Part shown: piece by piece, positions 42,462 through 49,554 of the stretch
Numbering within the stretch: the stretch's first letter is position 1
Layout: each line of letters starts with the position of its first letter
Assembly (NCBI GenBank): GCA_030447245.1
Contig: JAUJPG010000021.1
Span: 16,842 to 80,841 of the forward strand
DNA length: 64,000 nucleotides
Source of the DNA: Chloroflexota bacterium
Lineage (GTDB): Bacteria > Chloroflexota > UBA6077 > JACCZL01
Direction: 5' to 3'
Position numbers and translations under genes: made by a program
Notes under the pieces: generated by a model
Database searches by the model: none
The model's input: only the letters and a program-made list of their open reading frames with translations
What the model was told of the DNA's origin: nothing

Positions 42462-42471
42462 CGCCGGGCCG

Positions 42472-42557
42472 GCCGAAGTGGCGGAACTGGTAGACGCGCT
42501 ACGTTCAGGGCGTAGTGGGCGCACGCCCGTCGGGGTTCGAATCCCCGCTTCGGCACC
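42472..42557 (+). tRNA. tRNA-Leu: tRNA-Leu, anticodon CAG, long variable arm
   Basis: Acceptor stem GCCGAAG pairs with CTTCGGC. D arm is GGCGGAACTGGTAGACGC. The anticodon stem-loop is CTACG-TTCAGGG-CGTAG. The variable arm is TGGGCGCACGCCCGT and the T arm is CGGGGTTCGAATCCCCG. Discriminator A is followed by CC. Confidence 0.92.
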
Positions 42558-42610
42558 GAGCCGTTCCGACCACACGGGGCGGCTCTTTTCCTTTCCGCGG
42601 GAGTGGTGTT

Positions 42611-43784
42611 GTGGCGCATGGATCGGCGCTCCTGTCCGCGGGTCCGAGCTTCGAGCTTACGCCGGCGCTACTCGCCCTCCGAGACACGGCCGCGAGCTTC
42701 GTCCGCGAGCACGTCATCCCGAACGAATCGACGCTCCTGGAGCCGGCCGGCGCCTCTCCGGATCTGATTCGCGGGCCTTGATTGGCGCGGGGTGGCGGTC
42801 CTCTTCGAGGAAGTCGGGACGAGCCTGCTCGGCCCGCTGGCGCTGAACGGCGCCGCGCCTGACGAGGGCAATATGCACCTGCTCGAGGTTGTCGCCACGG
42901 CCGAGCAGAAGGCACGCTATCTTGCCCCGCTGGCCGCCGGAGACGTCCGCTCCTGTTTCGCCATGACCGAGCCGGGCGCCCGCGCCGGGCGCGCGATCCG
43001 ACCGCGCTGCGCACCCGCGCGCGCCGCGACGGCGACGGCTGGGTGATCGACGGCGACAAGTGGTACATCGCGGCGCGGACGGCGCGGCGTTCGCGATCGT
43101 CATGGTCCGCACGAGTGACGATCCGGACCCTCGGCGCGGCGCGACGATGTTCCTGGTTGACGCCGGCACGTCAGGGTTCGAGGTCGTCCGCCACATCGGC
43201 AGCCTCGACCGACGTTCACCGGGGCCACTGCGAGGTCCGCTTCGTGGGCTGCCGCGTCCCAGATCGAGCGATTCTCGGCGAGGTTGACGAGGGGTTCCGC
43301 TACGCCCAGGTGCGGCTGGCTCCGGGCCTGGCTAACCCACTGCATGCGCTGGCTCGGCATTGCTCGCCGCTCGCTCGAGATCGCCGGCCGTCGCGCGCTC
43401 GAGCGCCACTCGGATGGAAAGCCCTCGGCGACCATCAATTGGTCCAGGCGATGCTCGCCGACTCGCAGATCGAGCAGTTGCCGCCGCGCGGCTGATGATC
43501 TGGCAGGCAGCATGGCTTCTCGATAGCGGGGCACACGCCCGCGAGGAGACGAGCATGGCCAAGGTGTTCGTCGCCGAGGTCGTCGGTCGGGTCGTCGATC
43601 GCGCCGTGCAAATCTGCGGGTCGCTCGGCGTGTCGGAAGACCTGCCGCTCGCGCTATTCTACCGAGAAGTCCGCCCCTTCCGGATCTATGACGGGCCCTC
43701 CGAAGTCCATCGCGCGGCCATCGCCCGCCGCTTCCTGCGACGACTCGAGCGGGCGCCAGACCGACGCGCGGGCGAGAAGCATGA
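42611..43784 (+). pseudogene. Acyl-CoA dehydrogenase, at least 7 frameshifts
   Basis: Recognisable ACAD segments are spread over all three frames: LRDTAASFVREHVIPNE; LFEEVGTSLLGPLALN..LEVVATAEQKARYLAPLAAGDVRSCFAMTEPG; WVIDGDKWYI; GADGAAFAIVMVRTSDDPDPRRGATMFLVDAGTSGFEVV; HCEVRFVGCRVPDRAILGEVDEGFRYAQVRLAPG; THCMRWLGIARRSLEIAGRRA; LGDHQLVQAMLADSQIE; AARLMIWQAAWLLDSG..MAKVFVAEVVGRVVDRAVQICGSLGVS..YREVRPFRIYDGPSEVHR. An ancestral stop probably overlapped the next ATG (gcATGAag at 43781). Confidence 0.75.
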
Positions 43785-44902
43785 AGATGGACCAGGCAGA
43801 CCCGCGTGCAGCCGCCGCACCTGGCGGTGCCCTGGCGGATGCTGCCAAAACCCAGGAGCTCGTACCGCTTGCGCCGTTGGCCGCCCACCTGGCCGCGGCG
43901 GGGATGGTGGCCTCCGAGGCGCAGGTCCTCGGCGTCCGGCGGGTCGGACTGGGGCAATCAAATCTGACCTTCATGGTCGAGCTAGCTCGCGGGACCGAAG
44001 TCGTCCTGCGCAGGCCGCCGCCCGGTCCGCTGCCGCCGAGTGCCCACGACGTGTTGCGCGAGCACCGCGTGATGTCGGCGCTGGAGCGCGGCCCGGTGCC
44101 GGTCGCCCGTCCGCTGCTGGCCTGCCCCGACCCCGGGGTCATCGGCGCGCCGTTTTTTCTGATGGAGCGCGTACCGGGCGATGCGCTACGCTTCGAGCTG
44201 CCGCCCGCTTTTGTCGACGCCCCGCCGAGTGGGCGGCGCAGGTTTGGCGAGCGAGCGGTGGACGCCCTCGCGGCGCTGTACCGTCTCGACCCGGCCGAGA
44301 TCGGGCTGGCGGACCTGGGCCGGTCGAGCGGGTACCTCGAGCGGCAGCTCCGTCGGTGGCGCGCCCAGCTTGAACATGCGCGCGTCCGTCCGATGCATGC
44401 CCTGGAGCGCGTCGGAGAGTGGCTCGCCGATCACCTGCCCGCCGGGCAGGACGAAGGTAGGTTGGTGCATGGCGACTACAAGCTCGACAACCTGCTCTTC
44501 AGCCCCCGCCCGCCGGCCCGCCTGCTCGCGGTGGCGGACTGGGAGCTGGCGACCCTCGGCGATCCGCTCGCCGACCTGGGTTGGCTGCTGGCCTTCTGGC
44601 GCCAGGCAGGGGACCCGCCCCCCGAGCTGAAGATCATCCCACGGCTGACCGAGCTGCCCGGTTTTCTGACCCGCGAAGAGCTGACTGAGCGCTACGCTGC
44701 GCAGACCGGCCGGCGCCTGCCAGACCTGACGTTCTACGTCGTGTTCGCGATGTGGAAAATGGCCGTGCTGCTGGAGGGCCACTGGGCGCGCCGCGTCCGC
44801 GGGACGGCCGACCACTTCGATTACGATTACCTTGAAGCGGGGAATCCGGCCTTCACCGAGAGGATTCGACAGATTGCCGAGTCGGGGCTAACCGGTTCCT
44901 AG
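43781..44902 (+). CDS. Phosphotransferase (APH/choline-kinase-like) family protein, ACAD-associated type
   Basis: The ATG at 43781 gives MKMDQADP.... Motifs: GQSNLTF, catalytic HGDYKLDNLLF, and DWELATLGDPLADLG. Confidence 0.8.
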   Translation: MKMDQADPRAAAAPGGALADAAKTQELVPLAPLAAHLAAAGMVASEAQVLGVRRVGLGQSNLTFMVELARGTEVVLRRPPPGPLPPSAHDVLREHRVMSALERGPVPVARPLLACPDPGVIGAPFFLMERVPGDALRFELPPAFVDAPPSGRRRFGERAVDALAALYRLDPAEIGLADLGRSSGYLERQLRRWRAQLEHARVRPMHALERVGEWLADHLPAGQDEGRLVHGDYKLDNLLFSPRPPARLLAVADWELATLGDPLADLGWLLAFWRQAGDPPPELKIIPRLTELPGFLTREELTERYAAQTGRRLPDLTFYVVFAMWKMAVLLEGHWARRVRGTADHFDYDYLEAGNPAFTERIRQIAESGLTGS

Positions 44903-44991
44903 CACAACCCCACGGTGAAGACGCAGAGTGTCATCCCGATCAGCTTCAGTTTGGCGCAGTACTAGCCGCGTCCGACGCGCACAGCGGGACG

Positions 44992-47151
44992 CTAGCGCTC
45001 ATTCAACTCCTCGACGCCCCGCAGGAACGCCATGGCCTCGGCCAGCGGCGGATCGGCATCGGTGGCCGGGTGCAAGACGACCGTCTGCGTCCGAGCGCCG
45101 ATGCCGGACAGCAGCTCAGCGAAAAGCTGGGCGCGCTCCGGTGGCTCTCGCTCGGCAAGCGGCCGCCAGGGACAACTCGAGATCGGATCTGTCGCGTCGG
45201 GGATGACGCCGATCCAGAAGGCCACCTGCCGCAGCGCGTCGCGGTTCCAGGGCGCGCCGACGTACTGCTCCAGGTCATACACGCCTGACGGGAACGGAAG
45301 CTCCACCGCCTCGGATCCGGCCTGGATCTCCTGGGCAGGCAGGATGCATGGCGCCGGCCCCGTCGAGGCGATGGCCGAGACGGACTCTGGATAGGCGAGG
45401 GCGAACTGGTGGGCCGCGTGGGCGCCGCGGCCGCTGGCGACGAGCAGCACGCGGTCGCGAAAACGGACCGTGTCGTTATCGCCAATCGCATCCAGGACCG
45501 CTCGCACACGTGGAAGCGTGTGGACGGAGTCGGCGGTCGCCTCCTCTGGAACGGACCAATCGCCGTAGGGGACCGTCGGGGCGATCAGCGCCCAGCCATT
45601 CGCTCGGGCGATGTCGACGAGCGGCGTGGCGAACTGCGGCCCGTTCTGGCCTTCTGGGTGGAGCGCCAGGAGGACCGGTACCTCATCCGCCGAAACCGCC
45701 CCCTCGGGAACGTAGCGCAGGACGTCCGCTTCGGCCACCGCCGTCGCGAGATCGGCCTGACGGGCGCCACGCACCGGCCCTAACAACAAAGTGCCCGCCA
45801 CAGTCAGGAACAGCACCGCCAGGCTGGTCGCGACGACCCAGGCGCCGCGCCGCTCCAGCCGCGCCGGCCTGGCCGGCAGCACCGGCCAGACCGGCATGGC
45901 CGGCCGCCAGGCCACCCCGCGCTCCAGCCGCCTCCACGTCACGACCGTCGCGAACGTGAGCCCGACGGTGACGGCCTGGATGAGCGTGTTGGCGGTGCGC
46001 GAGCGATCGTAGAGGCTGGCCAGCGCATCGACGTTGTAGACGACGACGATCATGATGAGGTGAACGCCGTACGCCCGCAACGAGTTGGTGCCGAGCGGAA
46101 GCAGCAGCCAGCCGAGCGCGCGGCGGATGGGCACCCAGTACGCCGTGACCAATGAGTAGCTGAAGCCGGCCAGGATGACAAACGCGACGAGCCGTCCGAG
46201 CGCCAGGTTCGGCTTGTCGAACAGGAGCAGGTACCACTCGCCGGCCAGGTGGCCGACGATAGGCCAGCCTGCTAGCCGGCCCGTGTTGTGGCCACGCTGG
46301 ACAAGGATCAGGAACGCCATGCCGAGGCCGAACACCGCGAGCACCAGGTGAATCGGGACACGCGCCAGGACGCGGCTCACCGCATCACGGTAATAGCCGA
46401 TGACGAGCCCGTTGACGAAGATGACCTGCCACGCGGACACGGGAAAGTAGTTCACGTTGGTCGCCATCCAGGGCACGGTCGCCTGACTCGGGTACCACTG
46501 GTACGCCAGCCAGAGCAGCCACGAGCCAACCACGACCGGGACGGCATGGCCATCCCGCAGCGCCAGCAGGAGCAGTGGGGCCGTCGCGATCAGGATGGTG
46601 TACATCCACAGGATGTCGGTGCCGTGGTAGGTGTAGTGGAGCGTCAGGGTCCCGATGAGCAGTTCAACCGGATCGGTCAGCCCGAGGCCATAGTCGCGGT
46701 CGAGCCACAACCTGAGGGACGTAAACTGGAACAGGACGACGAACAACAGCGTCAGCCCGACCGTCGCGGCGTACAGCACCACGACGCGCCGAAGAATCGA
46801 CTCGGCGGCGGCGACCCAGCCATCGCGTCGCATTCGGCCGCCGTACACCATCCCGATCACCAGCCCGGCCAGGAAGACGAATGCCTCCGCGGCCGACACG
46901 ACGAAGCGATTGCCGCCGGTGAAGGGCGAGAACCAGGAGATGTTCGCCGCGTGATCGCACAGCATCGCGAACACGGCATAACCGCGAAGCAAGTCGAGCC
47001 GAGCGTCGCGACGTCCGTATTCCCGGTAGCGCCAGCGCCCGGACCCGAAGGCGCGGTCTGAGGGTGCGCGGTCGGGAGGTGCGCTGATCTGACTCGACAT
47101 GCGTCGCCGGCCGTGCTCCTGGAGTTTCGTCGTGAGATCGGCCCCGATCAT
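44992..47151 (-). CDS. Fusion: OpgC/acyltransferase-3-like polytopic membrane domain + C-terminal alpha/beta-hydrolase (esterase-like) domain
   Basis: 719 aa. The N-terminal half reads LDLLRGYAVFAMLCDHAANISWF.. and has about 10 TM segments. The C-terminal 250 aa are soluble (VLLALHPEGQNGPQFATPLV..LLVASGRGAHAAHQFALAYPE). Confidence 0.7.
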   Translation of the reverse strand: MIGADLTTKLQEHGRRRMSSQISAPPDRAPSDRAFGSGRWRYREYGRRDARLDLLRGYAVFAMLCDHAANISWFSPFTGGNRFVVSAAEAFVFLAGLVIGMVYGGRMRRDGWVAAAESILRRVVVLYAATVGLTLLFVVLFQFTSLRLWLDRDYGLGLTDPVELLIGTLTLHYTYHGTDILWMYTILIATAPLLLLALRDGHAVPVVVGSWLLWLAYQWYPSQATVPWMATNVNYFPVSAWQVIFVNGLVIGYYRDAVSRVLARVPIHLVLAVFGLGMAFLILVQRGHNTGRLAGWPIVGHLAGEWYLLLFDKPNLALGRLVAFVILAGFSYSLVTAYWVPIRRALGWLLLPLGTNSLRAYGVHLIMIVVVYNVDALASLYDRSRTANTLIQAVTVGLTFATVVTWRRLERGVAWRPAMPVWPVLPARPARLERRGAWVVATSLAVLFLTVAGTLLLGPVRGARQADLATAVAEADVLRYVPEGAVSADEVPVLLALHPEGQNGPQFATPLVDIARANGWALIAPTVPYGDWSVPEEATADSVHTLPRVRAVLDAIGDNDTVRFRDRVLLVASGRGAHAAHQFALAYPESVSAIASTGPAPCILPAQEIQAGSEAVELPFPSGVYDLEQYVGAPWNRDALRQVAFWIGVIPDATDPISSCPWRPLAEREPPERAQLFAELLSGIGARTQTVVLHPATDADPPLAEAMAFLRGVEELNER

Positions 47152-47171
47152 CCCAAGGGCAAGACCCAGTA

Positions 47172-47344
47172 TGTCATGCCGAGCGCAGCGTCCCTGTCAT
47201 TCCGAGCGCCACCCCCAGTCTGTCATGCCGAGCGCAGCGTCCCTGTCATCCCGAGCCCCACCCCCAGTCTGTCATCCCGAGCGGAGCGGATCTCATGCTG
47301 ACGGGAGCGTGAACATGAGATCCCTCGCTCCGCTCGGGATGACA
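47172..47344. repeat. REP/MITE-like element: three 49-bp direct units carrying six copies of TGTCAT(N)CCGAGC, the last unit forming a long hairpin
   Basis: Core copies start at 47172, 47195, 47221, 47244 and 47270. An inverted copy lies at 47332-47344. Hairpin arms 47270-47297 and 47314-47344 pair as 19 bp + a 3-nt bulge + 9 bp, with a 16-nt loop. The element lies in the divergent intergenic region. Confidence 0.85.
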
Positions 47345-47434
47345 TAGAGGCTGCTGATCCAGCATGACGAGGTAGGCTCGACATGCGGCAATTCCTGATC
47401 CGACGCTCGCTGACAAGGCACCTTAGCGATCCGC

Positions 47435-47464
47435 TTGGTCGCGCCCGGCGCCGCCCGGTATACT
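47435..47464 (+). promoter_or_regulatory. Candidate sigma-70-type promoter for the SGNH-like gene
   Basis: TTGGTC (47435-47440), an 18-nt spacer, then TATACT (47459-47464), 37 nt before the ATG at 47501. The 12-mer TATACTCGCCGG is identical to the tRNA-Leu -10 region (42456-42467). Confidence 0.35.
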
Positions 47465-47500
47465 CGCCGGCCCTGACGACCTCACCGCGCGACTGGAGCG

Positions 47501-48703
47501 ATGGCCGATCTCGCGAGCACCGCGCCCGCCGCGCCGCCTCGGTCCGATCGGCGTCCGAGACCGACCTGGATCTCGCGGCTGGCCCTGGTCCTGCTTGGCC
47601 TGCTTGCGCCGCTGTTGCTCGCCGAGGGCGCGCTCCGCATCGCCGGCGCGCTCCTGCCAGGCGAGTACCAGACGGCGAGCTTTCTCGAAGCGCATCCGGA
47701 GTTCGGGCGTCGCAATCGGCCCGGCCAGGGCTGGAAGCGGACACCCGAGTTCACGAGCTGGATCGAGATCAACTCCAGGGGCCTGCGCGGCCCGGAAATC
47801 GAGTATGCCAAGCCGCCCGGCGAGAAGCGCGTGCTGGTGCTCGGCGACTCGTTCACCTTCGCCGAGCAAGTCAGTCAGCACGAGACGTTTGTCCAGCTCG
47901 TCGAAGATCGCCTGAACGCGGGCGGTGGGCCGCCGCGGTATCGGACGCTCAACGCCGGCTCGAACGGCTGGGCCACCGCCAACCAGCTTGCCTTCCTGGC
48001 CAAGGAGGGGGTTCGCTATGAGCCCGACGTCGTGGTGCTCGCCTTCTACGTCGGGAATGACGTCTCCGACAATTACCGCCGGGTAGCCGGCGCGCGCGAA
48101 GCGGAGCGCGCCGACCTTGCCCTGCGCGGCGCCGACGCCTTCGAAGGTCCGCGCCGAATTCTGCGACGCTCCCAGCTGTACACGGTCGTCGAAACTGGCG
48201 TGCTGGCCAAGCTGCCGTGGTTCGCGCCCGAGGGCGCATCGGACGCCTCGGCGCGGCGGGCGCCGCGGACGCTCGACGAGGCGCGCGAAGCCTGGGCGAT
48301 CACCGAGCGCCTGCTGGATCGCATGCGCGACCTGGCCGAGAGCCGAGGCGCAAGATTCCTACTGGTGGCGGTTCCGGCCGCCGATCGCGTCGCGGCCGGA
48401 CCGCGCGCCAAAGAGCCCGATTCGGAACACGAGGAGGATGAGGACGACGCGCCCGTTCCAGGCTTCGAAGACCCGCACGGCTCGCTTGCCATGCTTGCCG
48501 ATCGCCTGCATCTTCCGATGCTAGACCTGCTGCCGCCTTTTCGGCGCGAGGCCGCACGCTCACGCCAGCGGCTGTACTATCGGGTCAACGCCCACTGGAC
48601 GCCGGCCGGCCATGCCCTGGCTGCGCGTGAGCTCGCCGAGCACCTGGCTCGCTCGGGGCAGCTCGGGGCAGCGGCCGCGGCCCACCTGCCTCCGACGAGC
48701 TAA
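47501..48703 (+). CDS. Membrane-anchored SGNH/GDSL-like hydrolase (AlgX/AlgJ-like acyl-esterase fold suspected)
   Basis: 400 aa with an N-terminal TM segment (WISRLALVLLGLLAPLLL). Block I is VLVLGDSFTFAEQV. The C-terminal motif is VNAHWTPAGHALAA. Confidence 0.65.
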   Translation: MADLASTAPAAPPRSDRRPRPTWISRLALVLLGLLAPLLLAEGALRIAGALLPGEYQTASFLEAHPEFGRRNRPGQGWKRTPEFTSWIEINSRGLRGPEIEYAKPPGEKRVLVLGDSFTFAEQVSQHETFVQLVEDRLNAGGGPPRYRTLNAGSNGWATANQLAFLAKEGVRYEPDVVVLAFYVGNDVSDNYRRVAGAREAERADLALRGADAFEGPRRILRRSQLYTVVETGVLAKLPWFAPEGASDASARRAPRTLDEAREAWAITERLLDRMRDLAESRGARFLLVAVPAADRVAAGPRAKEPDSEHEEDEDDAPVPGFEDPHGSLAMLADRLHLPMLDLLPPFRREAARSRQRLYYRVNAHWTPAGHALAARELAEHLARSGQLGAAAAAHLPPTS

Positions 48704-48762
48704 ACCTCAAGAGCCATCCGACGCGTCGCGCGGACGGCTCCCCCGAGGCCAGCGCGGTGGCT

Positions 48763-48792
48763 GGCCCGGACCGGCCCGCAATGGTCCGGGCC
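48763..48792. terminator. Bidirectional GC hairpin between convergent genes
   Basis: GGCCCGGACC (48763-48772) pairs perfectly with GGTCCGGGCC (48783-48792) as a 10-bp stem around a 10-nt loop. Confidence 0.5.
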
Positions 48793-48809
48793 GGTGCGCG
48801 GGGCGTGGG

Positions 48810-49346
48810 TCAGCTACCATGCCCGGGGACCAGGCCGGCCAGTGGCTGAGGCTCGGCGCCACCGGCCAGAAGCTGGCCGTTCATCCCGCGGTCGGCGTGG
48901 AGCTTGCAGAAGAAGCGGAGCGCCCCCGACTCCGGGAAGGTGACCTCCAGGCGCACCCGCTCGCCGCCGGTCGGAATGTCCCGGTCCACCTGCTGGGAAG
49001 GCAGGCTGAAGTTGTGCAGACTCTGGGCGACGTTCCGGATCGCTAGCGTCAGCTTCTGGCCGGGGTTGCCGCGCAGAAACGTTCCCTTGAAGTAGTAGTC
49101 GCCGGCGTCCACGTCCTGGCTGCTCCTGCCCTGGGTCTCCCTGAAGCCGTAGTCGCTGTAGGCCCACTCGCCGAGCCTGATCTGCGCGGCGACCGGCGAG
49201 GCGCCCGGCGAGGCACCTGGTGAGGCGGCCGACTTGGACGGGGCCGCGGTTTTCGGCTGGGCGGTCGGGCGAGCCGGCGATGGCGAACAGGCGGCCGTGA
49301 CTACGGCGAGCGCGCCCAGCACGGCCACGCGATGAATGAGCGTCAT
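48810..49346 (-). CDS. Cupredoxin (plastocyanin/azurin-like) lipoprotein
   Basis: The ATG at 49346 has AGGAGGAG upstream and gives MTLIHRVAVLGALAVVTAAC (lipobox). Type-1 copper ligand pattern: SLHNFSL and FFCKLHADRGMNG (C-x2-H-x4-M). Confidence 0.8.
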   Translation of the reverse strand: MTLIHRVAVLGALAVVTAACSPSPARPTAQPKTAAPSKSAASPGASPGASPVAAQIRLGEWAYSDYGFRETQGRSSQDVDAGDYYFKGTFLRGNPGQKLTLAIRNVAQSLHNFSLPSQQVDRDIPTGGERVRLEVTFPESGALRFFCKLHADRGMNGQLLAGGAEPQPLAGLVPGHGS

Positions 49347-49452
49347 CAGTATCTCCTCCTGCCTGGAATGTCGGAGTAAAGCTCCGCCTGATGGCATGAA
49401 CGTGACCTATCATCGCACCCATCCGGGTATTCGCGATCGCGTAGTCGGGCGG

Positions 49453-49554
49453 TCACGGCGAGCAGTCCGGGGTGGTGATGCGTCGCCAGCACCGCTCATT
49501 GGGCTGCGTCCAATCCAGGTCGGCGATGTTCCAGACGAACATCACGCGGATCGG
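49453..49554 (-). pseudogene. Relic of the C-terminus of a glycoside hydrolase paralogous to 61867-62994
   Basis: The relic reads PIRVMFVWNIADLDWTQPNERCWRRITTPDCSP*. The intact gene reads MGVMFIWNIADPNWTQANEQYWWSITEPDGSP. About 100 nt of DNA similarity is visible. It overlaps the last codons of the YfhO-like gene. Confidence 0.55.

Noticed and set aside
44838-44858. GAAGCGGGGAATCCGGCC resembles the reverse complement of the tRNA-Leu 3' end (a possible att site)
   Set aside because: Only a 10-nt exact match, lying inside the intact APH coding frame. It is compatible with chance in 64 kb.
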